In this document: in pieces, positions 37,601 through 48,500 of the stretch | Layout: each line of letters opens with the position of its first letter | Numbering within the stretch: position 1 is the stretch's first letter | Source of the DNA: a virus | Lineage: Duplodnaviria > Caudoviricetes | Length of the DNA stretch: 64,000 bases | Virus record (IMG/VR): IMGVR_UViG_3300037067_003400 | Location: 146,952-210,951 of that record | Direction: 5' to 3' (one strand) | Position numbers and translations under genes: made by a program | Notes under the pieces: model-generated | Told to the model about the DNA's origin: nothing | Seen by the model: only the letters and a program-made list of their open reading frames with translations | Database searches by the model: none

Positions 37601-40438
37601 TATTTCATAGTTTTCTCTTAGTACAGGGTCAAAGTAAACTCGTAGCTCTTCAGCATCCCATTGTCTATAACCTTCTGCTGACATTTGTACCATCCAGTTT
37701 CTTAGTTCTGGATAGGTAGGAAGCTTCATATCTGGGTAAAGTTCTAACCCACGAATCTTAGTGTGGAAGTATTCTGAACGTAGAATATTTTTCCCAGTAG
37801 CATCTGATGTTCTTTGTAAACCTTCAAAGGTGTTACCATACCATTCTGGGTCGTCTAAAGCTTTTAAGTTTTCTCTGTTTCTAATAAGAGGATCAAAAGC
37901 TACAAAGTTAATTTCGAATTTATGTATCCCAGGAAATCCAGGGTCAGTAGATATGTTACAGTTTAATGGTAATACAGTTGTAACACCAAGAAGCTGAAAG
38001 ACTTCATTAGTTATATACATATAACCAGCAAAACCTTTATTACTATCTATACCTACTCCTCTATAAGTTCTTGTAAGATAATCTAATTGTTCAAATAGTT
38101 CTCTAAGTAACTTAACATCAACTTCATCATTAATGGTTCCATTAATAGTTATAATAGTATCTCCGCTACCAGTAAACTGGTGAGAGGATTCTTCTCTACC
38201 TTTTATAACTTGCTTAACTACATTACATGTCATCCCAGCAGTTATCTGCTCTATGTTCATTGTAGGTATTTCTAATGTTTGCCATTGAGTAGTTGCGCTC
38301 TTAGTTAGTTTCTTTTCTAACTTTGCTAATGTGGCTCCTATATTTGATGATGATTGTTTTACACTACTAATTGATTTCTGCCATACACTATCTTTTAGTA
38401 TCTCTGTTGGGAATGCTACGTAGTAGTTCCCATAGTTACGTTGAGCATCAATAGCTTTATCTACAAGTTCTTTATTTGTTTCTACGCCTCTTTTAGTTCC
38501 AGTCTCTGTAGCAAGTATAGCTCCATAGTCTTGAACCATTTTATCTAACTCCGCTTTACTTAAAGGAGTAGATGTTATCTGTATATTATTTCCAGTTCTT
38601 GTTAGCTGTACACCTTTACTTGCTACTTGTACATTAGCTGCTTCTCGTTGTTCCGGTCTAATAGAAGTATCATATATTTTGATGTTGCTATCAGTAGATG
38701 CTAACTCTGCATATCTTAATAAGAATCTTGAGCTTTCTACTTTCATTAAAGCATAAGACTTATTATATATCTGTGGTCTTGATTGTAAATGTTCTCCTAC
38801 GTAAGAATCCACATACTTTGTTTCTTGTGCAGTATAGTTTATTAACTTACCAGTAAAACCATTAGCACCTTCGCTTAATGTGATAGTTGTGTTCTTATCA
38901 TAGTAAGCTTTAGGCTCTATGTTAGATACCCCAGATGATGCAATAGCTAATAGGTCTGCATCTTCCATCTCTCTTTTTAATATAGCTTTTGGATCAAATA
39001 GAGTTCCATAATCATATAGAGTTTTTAAGTATCCTTCTGTTGGTATAGCAAATTGGAAGTAACCATTCATCTTAGGTGAGTTGGTTATTGTATCTATTAG
39101 TAGGGGCTTGGTATCTGTATGATCATTACACCATTTTATGAATAGAGGATAGCAAAAAGTAGAATCAAAGTTTGGAGCTAATCCCATATAAGCTCTCCAG
39201 TCAAACTTGGAAGCTTGTATAATTACATCTAAACTATTAGGATATCCTGGGGTAGTAGCAATTTGGAATGCTTCTACTGCTATTGCGTCTGTATCATAAA
39301 GGTCATTTAGTTCTGCATTTTCTATTGGTAGAAATGGTGTATGTTCTATCTGTCTTATCAAAGGTAATACTACATTGTTAATAGCATCACCATTGGCAGC
39401 GGTTAGCTTTATCTGAAAGCTACTTTCTACATTTCCAAAACCTTTAGCTAAACTACCATGTGCTCTTAGTAACGGGCTTAACTCTACCTGATTAACTCTT
39501 GTCATTGCTATACTTTCAGGTGGAATCATAAATGGAACCGAGCCGATACGCATGTAACCAGGATCTATCTTAGCTTCCCATTCTGAAGTAAGTTCTTTAT
39601 ATGGTATAGGTAAAGGAAACCAGTGTGGCTCTTCTTGGAATAGTTCTGAGTCATATGTTATGGGAGTCTCTTTTTCGACAGCCTTGTAATTTCTAACAGT
39701 TTTTTCTTTGGAAGGTTTCTTAGCTACAGAGGGAATTTTAAATACTCCACCAGTCCCAGGATCGTAGTAGTCAATCATATTTTTATCAGAGGTTCCTGGT
39801 AAGTGAATGTCTGGGTATATCCAAGCTTTAGCTTCTTCTGCTTTTGTTATAGTTACTTTTGCTTTAGTATCTACTATAGGAGTTTGAAGAGTAGCTCCAG
39901 TTGCTGGGTCTATATATTCAAGTTGTCTTGATGCTAATGCTTTAGATGGTTTTACATCTGGGTATATCCAAGCTCTTGGTTTTTCTTCTTTTAAAGTTAA
40001 CCCAAGTTTTGATATGCCTAAAGAAGCTAAGTATATTGTTGCTTCTTCAGCAAGTATCTCTAACTTTTCTATGTTTGGTAGTGACTTAGGTATTTCTATT
40101 TTACTTTCTTTTGATTTATATGTTACTGTCTTGAAAGTATTAGTTAATAGTTTAGCTTTAGTTTCAATAGGCACTTCCGAAAGATTGTAAAGTTTAATCC
40201 CATTAGTTATATTCTTATTTAGCTCAGCATTGTAATCATTACCATCAAGTTTAGCAGGGTCACTACCATAGATACTAAGCATAACCCAATCTCCAGTAAC
40301 TCTAAATCTTTCTGGTTTAGGTATGTTAATAGTTGTCTGTGTTTTACCTTCTGGGTATGAATAGTGAACAACTTTGGTTGGTTTTCCATTTTTAGTTTCT
40401 GCTACATGAGCTAAGACAGTTTTCTTTGGTTGTGCCAT
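34607..40438 (-). CDS. Giant baseplate hub-type protein with lytic transglycosylase (SLT) domain
   Basis: AALLAKEGG...YGLGQM...GYL...IAAYN at about 36830-37270; hub-like LKPGARVHVRMGFG...VFNGTITE and GSIIVAGDPSIKPYD. Confidence 0.75.
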   Translation of the reverse strand: MAQPKKTVLAHVAETKNGKPTKVVHYSYPEGKTQTTINIPKPERFRVTGDWVMLSIYGSDPAKLDGNDYNAELNKNITNGIKLYNLSEVPIETKAKLLTNTFKTVTYKSKESKIEIPKSLPNIEKLEILAEEATIYLASLGISKLGLTLKEEKPRAWIYPDVKPSKALASRQLEYIDPATGATLQTPIVDTKAKVTITKAEEAKAWIYPDIHLPGTSDKNMIDYYDPGTGGVFKIPSVAKKPSKEKTVRNYKAVEKETPITYDSELFQEEPHWFPLPIPYKELTSEWEAKIDPGYMRIGSVPFMIPPESIAMTRVNQVELSPLLRAHGSLAKGFGNVESSFQIKLTAANGDAINNVVLPLIRQIEHTPFLPIENAELNDLYDTDAIAVEAFQIATTPGYPNSLDVIIQASKFDWRAYMGLAPNFDSTFCYPLFIKWCNDHTDTKPLLIDTITNSPKMNGYFQFAIPTEGYLKTLYDYGTLFDPKAILKREMEDADLLAIASSGVSNIEPKAYYDKNTTITLSEGANGFTGKLINYTAQETKYVDSYVGEHLQSRPQIYNKSYALMKVESSRFLLRYAELASTDSNIKIYDTSIRPEQREAANVQVASKGVQLTRTGNNIQITSTPLSKAELDKMVQDYGAILATETGTKRGVETNKELVDKAIDAQRNYGNYYVAFPTEILKDSVWQKSISSVKQSSSNIGATLAKLEKKLTKSATTQWQTLEIPTMNIEQITAGMTCNVVKQVIKGREESSHQFTGSGDTIITINGTINDEVDVKLLRELFEQLDYLTRTYRGVGIDSNKGFAGYMYITNEVFQLLGVTTVLPLNCNISTDPGFPGIHKFEINFVAFDPLIRNRENLKALDDPEWYGNTFEGLQRTSDATGKNILRSEYFHTKIRGLELYPDMKLPTYPELRNWMVQMSAEGYRQWDAEELRVYFDPVLRENYEIIKDLNTNAYADPDFYCVPFSQYGKELIESVVRSNGEDNTEIMDREGIKTTIPYMGGIKSTKDLVAQTQAAEAQYNRAISLINSTSGSGYGMVTTESLQANLSQKGISQYSQIIENVRKKQPTAVPYGIAAALLAKEGGAASISLYDKGLSYGLGQMTTATLLGQLRRMSSNKFKDKGGGVYSWRNGNDWLDFTVKTNYASNDEVDKNDPRRFPEFIIDVSLGYLQSHYSSIAAAAGGKLSSSEVWILCIAAYNSPGYVLKVCKSAYASNKEGTGLFSQITDTLNTKAGTNLTKVLAWLGDKNKAKEPAAINPEPSIPAAAGINSWSVDMTANSNIDKKEEADRLNDLNSGQGSDFTPVSEAFYREDGKDMFFDMRNYSNYGRLLRAFPTYCLLLVDGGRWLRFWRMYDHWYGMTAVQSIDVHKTRKSPVDTAIITFSNQFGYLTKMPAENPLLEGINYKWGIEYMFGGIKSTLFPNISNILDKWNLHANSLLLKPGARVHVRMGFGSNPNNLPIVFNGTITEVPAPEENLTVVALGDGIELLNQLEQSGAPYRSYTWLGAGIEPREAILTVMSPTNVIEWMTEGGYNANNPYGIEHFGRPTYGATKDVGEIGINIYRADEDAFKLDQSIANTSLWDTYDIFGLSRGFKGGESLIGLNMDEATAWKVIDTCTKVAPDYIHAVYPFDLQSTLFYGKPYWPLNYEYTTEFMLKQAIAMNAGTSGVEAKPDDFVKSIIEAPETVFLRKPFQQYHIVASSINLIANKIIASSEDIYTICQAKGTSNSWATRDNHEHYTMKAYLDTDILPEYQKLLTVNSGLYSTGAMDAGDIITNWIIGGMGKVLGNLSRTPDNNYAISSLKEVVKDMYQGSIIVAGDPSIKPYDRCYIADTDAEMAGLIEVKEVTQHISAENGLITTISPDLMVSAVDSGDQITWAWGVRAGQKAVAALLLQQTASKLSQVLTPEMCAKYILSLILKLDKWGTGVAAGTSIRLKKHSNERY

Positions 40439-43345
40439 TTAATAAGCCACGCCTCTCTTGTATGTGTTACTGTATATTTCATCTTTTCTACTTCTTGAAA
40501 TATCTATGTCATTAAAGTTAACATTCATGTTTAAATTCATAGTGTTTGGATTTGCTGGTTCTGAAACTTCTGATACATGTGTAGTAGCTTCAGGTTTTGC
40601 CTGATGCTTTACCCCATGATGTATATGATCTACTGCTCTACCTATTGCTTTGAGCCCTGCGCCTAAGGCAAAGTACACTGGAATAGATAGTAAAGGAGTC
40701 AGCCCCAGTTTACCAGTCTGCTTTAAACTTGTTATGATTTCCTGGTCTACTGTTTCTTCTAATAAACCCTCTGCTACTCTGTGCCAATCTTGTGCTAAGT
40801 TTGCTATAGCTGGTTTACTCATTAGTGTAGGTTTAGAATCTACCATTCTATATAAAGAATTTAATACCTTTGCGGCTCCAGCTCTAATAGGCTGCGACTG
40901 CATAGCTCTTCCTACTCCAGCACTTACTAATCTATCAGTAAGTGGGTCTGTAATAGCATAAGCCATACCCCCTAATTTTTGTTCCCAACTACGACCGGTG
41001 GCCAAGGATACTACCCCAGAGCCCAGTGCAGCAAAGTATCTTGCTCCTATAGTAGTACTAACTGCTCCTGAGTATGCAGCTGCTAATTTATTAGTTAAGT
41101 CTCCAGTAGCTGCTTTGTATGCAGTGTATCCACTATAGCCCTGCATTCCAGCCATGATAGCTATTGCAGTAAATGGTACTATGTTCTGTACTGGGTGTTT
41201 TATTGCCTCTATACCTGTCTGGTATTTCTCAGTAGCTGCTGCTATTACGTCTGTAGTAGAGTGTGGCTTGAATGGCATATGAAATAAGTTTTTGAAAAAG
41301 CTACCAGCAGCAGATTCCAGTACTTGGTCTATTTTATTTTCTCCCTCTCTCTTTATTACAGACTCTGCTACTTCAGTAGCTGAACGTTTCATATTTCCTG
41401 CTGCATTTTGTAGAGTGGGTTTGCCTATCTCTGCTAACACAGCTCTTCTAAAATTCTTGTTGCCATGTATAGCATGTAGCTCTCTTGCTTTATCTGGGTT
41501 TCTATTAGTCCATTGTATAATTTTGCTTAGTGGTCCACTACCAGCTGTGTATCTCATTTGTCTGAGGAGTCCACCCTCTGCTTTTGATACACCTTCTTCA
41601 AGTAGGTAGTTTTGTGCCTCTTCTCCTTTTAGGTTTTTAAATAGTTTTAGTTGAGTCTTTATATCTTCTAACATCGAGCTATAGTAGTCATTTGCCCCTT
41701 CAAGTCTACCTATTTTTTCTGGGCTATCTTTTGCTTTACGTATTAAGGCTTTGTTTTCCTTTATTATATTTCGTATACCTTTTACAGATTTTTGTAAAGT
41801 TGCCCCATGTGCTCCTGTAGTCATGTCTAAGTAAAACTTTCGTATGTCAGTTGATACTCCAGCTTCTATTTCGATACCTAATAAATGTGGTACTCTTGAG
41901 TTAAATCGTTTACTAAATCCAAAAGGCTTCATGCCCATCATAGCATTAGCATCTATGAATGCATACATTTGGTCTCTTTTGTTTGGTATTCTTGAAAGTA
42001 TTTTTCTCCAACCAACAGCTTCTCCTACTTCATGCCCAACCAAAGCTTCTATATGTTCTGGATATTTTTTTGCAAATGAGCGTTCTATTAGAATAGCATT
42101 ACTATTAGTTGATACTTCTGGGAAAGACAATGCTGGATTAGACTTGTCATCAAATAAGAAGTAGTCTATATTACCTATACCTTTTATATTAATAGAACTT
42201 TTCTCTAATTGTGTAAGGTCTTCTACTCCAAATAGTGTCTTTAGTGTAGCTGCGTCTGGCATAGGTTGACCATCAGCCATTAAAGCTCTACGTATTATCT
42301 CTGGGTCGGTCTGTATGTTATTTATAGTATCTATAGCACCTTCACCAAAGAGAGCTGCTGCTAATGGGTCTGCTGTAGATTTGAAATGGTAAGGCATCTG
42401 GAACAATTTTTTAAAGTACTGCCCTAAACCAGATTCTAAGTTCCTATGTAGAACTATATTAGGAAGTCTTGAGGCTACTTTCCTTGCCAGTTCCCTATCT
42501 GATATATTAGTTCTACCTATTGTAGACATTAGTTCTTTAAGTATATCAGGTTGACTTCTAAATTCGTGTTTAACTAAGTCAAGGGTTTCTCTATATTGTG
42601 ATGGTCTTCCTCTTGAAAGCATCCTATTAATACTTACTTTAGCCTCTGGGTTTCTTCCCCCTAGTGTTTCTGAAAGTAAGTCTGGTTTTAGAAATCTTCT
42701 TCCTGCTGTTTGCCGAATTACCTTTTCTTCATTTCTACGAATAGCTTTGGCTGTTGCTTTTAAATATCTATTATTGGGCATAGACAACGTAGCAACAGGA
42801 ATCTCCATAGATGGTAGACCAAATCCAGCCATCTGAAGTGGGAGTGGGGTATTAAAAGTTCTTGGTAGCCTGGCTGTAAGGTATCTTTTAGTTAGTGCTG
42901 GGTCTGTATTTTTAAGAGCAAACTCTGGGAATGTTCCCCCAAAACAAGAGTTAAGATAGGCTGCCTCTTTTTTGTTTACAAGTTCCTCTCCTACTAATAC
43001 ACCTGGATGTTGGAATAGTGCCCTCGTTCTTGAAGTCTCATTTGATAATGGTTGCAGTCCTGCAGGACTACCATGTATAGTCAGAACCTGTTGGTTCTGT
43101 GGTGTGCGTAATCCTACATGTGTTTTTTCCCCACCAACAAATTCACTAAAGGCATCCATTTCAGCAGTTGGTTGGTCATCTATAAATGGTAAATGTAGCC
43201 CAGCTATTTTTGTCATTTCTCTATCTGGGTCTAACGTGCCTATTCTTCCAAGCATGCTGTTCCTAGACCTCGCAGTTCCTTTTAGGAACTCTGAGGCAGC
43301 ATACCATTCATTGTTTGAGGCATTAACTCTAGTGGGCCTAGCCAT
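40439..43345 (-). CDS. Large putative virion protein with clan CD (caspase/CHAT-like) protease motif
   Basis: VLTIHG...AYLNSC motif; HEVGE motif; C-terminal hydrophobic Gly/Ala helices. Confidence 0.55.
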   Translation of the reverse strand: MARPTRVNASNNEWYAASEFLKGTARSRNSMLGRIGTLDPDREMTKIAGLHLPFIDDQPTAEMDAFSEFVGGEKTHVGLRTPQNQQVLTIHGSPAGLQPLSNETSRTRALFQHPGVLVGEELVNKKEAAYLNSCFGGTFPEFALKNTDPALTKRYLTARLPRTFNTPLPLQMAGFGLPSMEIPVATLSMPNNRYLKATAKAIRRNEEKVIRQTAGRRFLKPDLLSETLGGRNPEAKVSINRMLSRGRPSQYRETLDLVKHEFRSQPDILKELMSTIGRTNISDRELARKVASRLPNIVLHRNLESGLGQYFKKLFQMPYHFKSTADPLAAALFGEGAIDTINNIQTDPEIIRRALMADGQPMPDAATLKTLFGVEDLTQLEKSSINIKGIGNIDYFLFDDKSNPALSFPEVSTNSNAILIERSFAKKYPEHIEALVGHEVGEAVGWRKILSRIPNKRDQMYAFIDANAMMGMKPFGFSKRFNSRVPHLLGIEIEAGVSTDIRKFYLDMTTGAHGATLQKSVKGIRNIIKENKALIRKAKDSPEKIGRLEGANDYYSSMLEDIKTQLKLFKNLKGEEAQNYLLEEGVSKAEGGLLRQMRYTAGSGPLSKIIQWTNRNPDKARELHAIHGNKNFRRAVLAEIGKPTLQNAAGNMKRSATEVAESVIKREGENKIDQVLESAAGSFFKNLFHMPFKPHSTTDVIAAATEKYQTGIEAIKHPVQNIVPFTAIAIMAGMQGYSGYTAYKAATGDLTNKLAAAYSGAVSTTIGARYFAALGSGVVSLATGRSWEQKLGGMAYAITDPLTDRLVSAGVGRAMQSQPIRAGAAKVLNSLYRMVDSKPTLMSKPAIANLAQDWHRVAEGLLEETVDQEIITSLKQTGKLGLTPLLSIPVYFALGAGLKAIGRAVDHIHHGVKHQAKPEATTHVSEVSEPANPNTMNLNMNVNFNDIDISRSRKDEIYSNTYKRGVAY

Positions 43346-43378
43346 TTATATCTCCGATATAAGGGGTAACTTAGTGGA

Positions 43379-45463
43379 TTATTTCTTCCAGGTATCTGCT
43401 ATTTCTATACCTATTTCAATAGGTACATCTGGGAGCCAGGTCTTGGCAGCCTGAATCATCTTAGTTTCAGTTATTGTGGCTACTTGTTTTATCTTTTCTT
43501 CTGGAGCTATTACTACTATTTCATCATGCACCCACATTATAATTCTACATTCACCTTCATAGGAGCTTAGCTTTTCTAATTCAGGTGTAACTAATATAGT
43601 AGCAAGTTTAATAGCATCTCCATTAGTAGCTTGGATAGGCATATTAGTAGCTGCACGTTCTATCATCCCCATTATTTTTTTATATCTATCTGGGTCTGTG
43701 TTTGCATCTGCAGCTAAAGGAACAGTGTAGTATCTTTTTCTTCCAGCAAGGCTGGTTGTATAGCCTTCTTTAACAGCTTGCTCTTTTAAGTTGTTTAAGT
43801 ATTTTTCAACTCTTCTATACATTGCATAGTAAGCATTGATAATCTTTTTAGCATCATCTTCTGGTATACCAGCTGACTGTGCTACTGTATAATAACTTGC
43901 TCCATAAGGTAAAGCAAAGGATATAGACTTAGCTACTGTTCTTTGCTCTTTAGTTACCTGTCCTGGTGGAACATTATATATAGCTGAGGCTGTCATTCTA
44001 TGGAAGTCAGTCTCATAAACATCTTGCAGGTATGCAGCAATCTTAGGATACTTAGCTAATAGTTTATTGTAAGCTTCAGGTTCTTTATCTTTATCTGGGA
44101 TTGAACCTATCTCCATTTCTTCGAGATATAGTTTTAGTTTAGTGTTAGCCTGAAAACCTTTTATGAAAGCATCTATTAGCTTTTGTTCACCAGAAGCTTG
44201 TGCAAGTATTCTAACTTCAAACTGTGATACATCTAAGATACCTACTTTGAATCCTGATTTTAAAGGTCGTATCATTTGTCTAAACTTATTATCTCGAGGA
44301 ATGTTCTGGGCATTTGGATCCCTTGAATTCATTCTTCCAGTGTCTGTAAAGGTTTGCCCATAAGAGGCATGGACGCAATTAGTTTTCTTATTTAGAAAAT
44401 CTGTGCCCCATTGCTTAGCATAGTCTCTCTCTTTAATGACTCCCCTGAAGTCCAGTATCTTATTTATTAATACAGCTGCTTCAGATTCTTTATTTGTAAG
44501 CTCACTAATATATCTGGAAAGAGTATTTTCGTTAGTATCTTCTACATTGATACCACGTTCTGATAATATTTCCTTAAGCTGGTCTGGTGATTGTATATTA
44601 ATTTGATGTGACTTATAGCCTAAGAAGTCAAGAAGTTCTTTTTCTTTAGTAGCTATTACACTATTTATTTCTTTCTCAAGGTTCTTAGCATATGCTACAT
44701 CTACTGGTATACCAAAATGTTTATGTTCTCCAAGTATAGGAATCATTGGGCGTTCTAACGTTTCCCATATATGGTATAGTTTTTCTTTCTTTAACTTTTC
44801 TTCATAGATATCTGCTAATGTTATTAACCAGCAAACGTCTCCTGCACAGTAAGCTATCTGGGTATTAGTAAGTGGGCTTTCTTCGTCTAAGTCTTGGAAG
44901 CTTTTCTGTAGAGTCTTGTCTACTACTATACCTAAGTCTTCTTCCATACAATCATCTAAGCCAGCTCTTTTATTTAACTTACCAGCATTAAGCATCTGCC
45001 TACCCATCATAGTATCGAAGTAGAAGTTAGTCTTAACATTATAGTGCTGTCTAAACCATGCATATTCAAAGTTAGCATTGTGTGCTATGCATCTTAAGTT
45101 TGGAAGTAGCTTCGCAAATTCAGTAGCATCTACTTTTCTTGGATCGAATACGAAAGATTCCCCAGGAGTTATAGAAAATGCTATTAAAAAGATACAGCCA
45201 CTGTAAGCATCAAGTCCTTTAGTTTCAATATCTACTGCCATTATGTAATCTTTTTTTGACAAATATGTGACAGCTGCGTCTAACTTTTCTTGAGTAGCTA
45301 TGTAGGTATACTTACCAGGCTTATCTGTATAAGAACTACACGAACCTACTAAGGAAATAGGTTCCTCTAATTGCATTATGTTCTTGAGAATAGTTTTTGG
45401 AACTGTAGTTTCTTGCCCAAAGTCTAATATATTATAAGATATATTCTTTTTATTCTTACGCAT
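43379..45463 (-). CDS. polA: DNA polymerase family A with 3'-5' exonuclease
   Basis: Exo DIET, HNANFE, YCAGD; TGRMNSRDPNAQNIP; motif A DVSQFEVR, motif B RTVAKSISFALPYG, motif C VHDE. Confidence 0.95.
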   Translation of the reverse strand: MRKNKKNISYNILDFGQETTVPKTILKNIMQLEEPISLVGSCSSYTDKPGKYTYIATQEKLDAAVTYLSKKDYIMAVDIETKGLDAYSGCIFLIAFSITPGESFVFDPRKVDATEFAKLLPNLRCIAHNANFEYAWFRQHYNVKTNFYFDTMMGRQMLNAGKLNKRAGLDDCMEEDLGIVVDKTLQKSFQDLDEESPLTNTQIAYCAGDVCWLITLADIYEEKLKKEKLYHIWETLERPMIPILGEHKHFGIPVDVAYAKNLEKEINSVIATKEKELLDFLGYKSHQINIQSPDQLKEILSERGINVEDTNENTLSRYISELTNKESEAAVLINKILDFRGVIKERDYAKQWGTDFLNKKTNCVHASYGQTFTDTGRMNSRDPNAQNIPRDNKFRQMIRPLKSGFKVGILDVSQFEVRILAQASGEQKLIDAFIKGFQANTKLKLYLEEMEIGSIPDKDKEPEAYNKLLAKYPKIAAYLQDVYETDFHRMTASAIYNVPPGQVTKEQRTVAKSISFALPYGASYYTVAQSAGIPEDDAKKIINAYYAMYRRVEKYLNNLKEQAVKEGYTTSLAGRKRYYTVPLAADANTDPDRYKKIMGMIERAATNMPIQATNGDAIKLATILVTPELEKLSSYEGECRIIMWVHDEIVVIAPEEKIKQVATITETKMIQAAKTWLPDVPIEIGIEIADTWKK

Positions 45464-45495
45464 CTAAGCCTCCCCCAATTAATACCACTACTATT

Positions 45496-45523
45496 ATTAT
45501 ACCACAATAGCGGAAAGTTAAAC
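45496..45523 (-). promoter_or_regulatory. Putative promoter GTTTAA-N13-TGGTATAAT upstream of the DNA polymerase
   Basis: Conserved motif and spacing. Confidence 0.7.
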
Positions 45524-45528
45524 AACAT

Positions 45529-48500
45529 TTACTTAAGGAGTTTTCCTGCTTCTTCATCTAAGTGCTGTTTATCAAACTTCTTTCTATTATCTTGCATTTG
45601 TATATTTGGGTTAGCTGGCATTGGGGATGCTACATTAGCATGTAAAGCTCGTTGTATAGATTCTACTATTGATTGCTGTGTTATGTCTTCGTGTGCTTCA
45701 CCTTCTACTTTAATGGAGATGGAATTATAAAGGGAAGTTTGTTTAGATACTATATCTCTATTGGTTGTAGAAAGTGGCATATCTTTTTCTTCTACTTGAT
45801 TAAGATTAGGTTTTCGTAATGCAAAGAAAGCTGCTCCAGCTGCTACTACTGCTAAAGGTATTGCATGTCTTGATAATGTTTCTCCTGCCTGGGAGAATAT
45901 TTGTTCCGCCCCGTCTACTATAGAAGCTCCTATAGAAAACTTAGAAGCAAATGGTCTTGTTATTCTTGGAAGCGCAACGTTTAATCCTTCTTGTTCTGTT
46001 CCACCTAATACTCTTAAAGCTAATCTCTTTAGTTTTTCTGGAGCTGTGTCACTATGTATAATACTTGAAAGTTCTGTTTCTGATAGTTCTCCTAAAGTCT
46101 TTTGTGATCGTGCTAATACTCTTGCATTCTTTGGGTCGGCATCTTCCCATCCCAGATGTTGATGAATATTAGAAACTAATTCAGGTGAGAACTCATCAGT
46201 ATTACCTAATATATATTTTAGTAATCCGAGTCCTTTGGTTAAACCTTTCTTTTCTCCTAACTCAGCTTGGTATCCTGGAATAATATCTGCTACTGTTTTA
46301 CCTTTTAGAAAGTCAGGAATAGATTTATTATACACGGGTAACAAACCATAGTTGTAGCCTCTTGCTTCTCCTATAGCTGCTATTTGGGTTTCAGCATTTA
46401 TGTATTTAGATTGTATAGGTTCTAATAAACTTTGTGCTTGAGCATTCATTCTTTCAGAACGGTCTACCATGTAGTTATTAAATTCACCATAAGTAAACAT
46501 AGCATGCTCTTCTGCATTAACTGTGTCTCTTGCAGACTTACCCATTTGAATGGCACGTGAGCGTATCTCATCAGCACTCATGTTAGCATACTGATCTCCA
46601 GCTATTGGATCTATCTTCTTAGCATACTCTGTTCTACTTGTTCTCCATGAAGTAGATAGCTCATTCTGCCACATCTCTTCTGATAATGAAGTTAAGTCTT
46701 CATCTGATATTCCAGCTATGCTTTTCTGCTGTAATAGTCTTTCTATGTTCTCTTCTGCTATACCTGCAGCTCGTGCTCTTGTAGCTAACTTATCTGCTTC
46801 CATAGTTGGTATCATTCTTTCAGTTATGTTTTCTAAATCAGACTGAAACCTACTTGCAGATGAAATGTTAATACTTGCGGGATTGTTACCAAGAGCTGGT
46901 ATGTTTATAGCTATTCTATTATTATAGTTTCCTCTTATATCTGCATTACGTTCCCAAGGAAATACTTGTTCTACTTCTTCCCAGTATTTTCTTAGTAAGG
47001 TATTCTTTTCCTCTGTTGTTAACTGTTGGCTTTTAGCTAAAGCTTCATAGACTGGTTTATGTACGTTCTCTATTTCAGAAAGTGTAGTAGCTCCGACTCT
47101 AAATACCTGTTCTTGAAGTCTTGGGTCTGTAACTAACTGGCCATATCTTTTTATTTCTTGCTGTGTAAGTTCTCCTGCCTGTGCTGCATCTATAAATGAC
47201 TGCATACCTGTATCAACTAAAGCTGCTCGAGCTTTCTCTGATTCTAATAGGGTAACGTCAGACATTAACCTTCTACTTCTACGCATAGCTAAATCAGTTA
47301 TAGTAGCATCGTAAGTTTTATCAAGAGCACCCTTATCAGTAAAGACTTCGAACTGAGTTTCTAATCTGTTCATTATATTATAAGCTGTGTCAGTTACTTG
47401 AACAGTTTTACCAGTTGCTATAGATTCCCCATAGTGAACTCCTTGACGTGTAGCTCTTACACCAGAGTCATCTAATCTTTCAAAACCTGTTACTTGCCAA
47501 GCTCTTCCTCTGGTTTCTCTACCAGTTACACCAAAGTAGTATTGCCCTGTAGTATTAAACTCTGATTGAGATAACTCTCCAATAGTATTATTTCCTATTA
47601 TTCCTTTTAACTTATTGAATACGGCAGTAGTTGTCTCTACATCTTTTAATCCAATATGTTCTTCTATCCAGTCTTTTCCTCTAACATCAAGAGCCTTTGC
47701 TAAAGTTTGTAGACTTAACCCACCACTAATTTGCTCATCCATGAATTGTTGAGCAATCTTAGCTATGAACATAGTATCTACTTGTTTATTAAGTTTTGAT
47801 TTTAAAGCTTCTATAACTTCTGGAGGTAAGTCTAATTCTGTTGCTCTCTGTATAATATATGGTAAGTCGAATCCCATATTATGTACTGCTATTGGTCCAG
47901 GTGTGTTTCTAAACATATGAGCTAAAGCAGTTATTCTTGTTTTCTCTGATGTAAGAGCTTCCCCAAAGTCTTTAGTATACCCGCCAGTATGTTCTAATAA
48001 GTTAGATGGAGTATACTCTTCTGGTCCATGCTGTATAGATCTTTCTGATGCTCTTAGAACTTTACCTACATCAAGAGTTTTAGTTACACTACCATCTTCT
48101 ATGGTTTGAGCAGCTATATTAATAATACTATCAGCATCAGTTTCTATATCTAAGAATGTTACTGCTCCACCAGTTAGAGCTTTCTTTATGTTGCTTAAAT
48201 GAGTCTTAGCATCTACTGCTCCAGTAGGATGCATAAACTTTAAGCCACCAGGTAGTTCATATATAGTAGCTCTATCTAATGCTGTTATATTAGGAAGATT
48301 TTCTATTACTTCTTCTGGGAGTTCTTTTAAGTTCCGAACAGCATACTTAGAAAGTTCTCTCTCTTCAGCATCTAATGCATAATACTTTCCACCAGCATCT
48401 ACTAACCTACCTTCTCGAGTTAGTAAATACTTTTTAGTAGTTCCTATCTGTTCTTGTTCTAATCGTTGTAGTTGTTTCTTAGAAGCATTAGTTATTTGAG

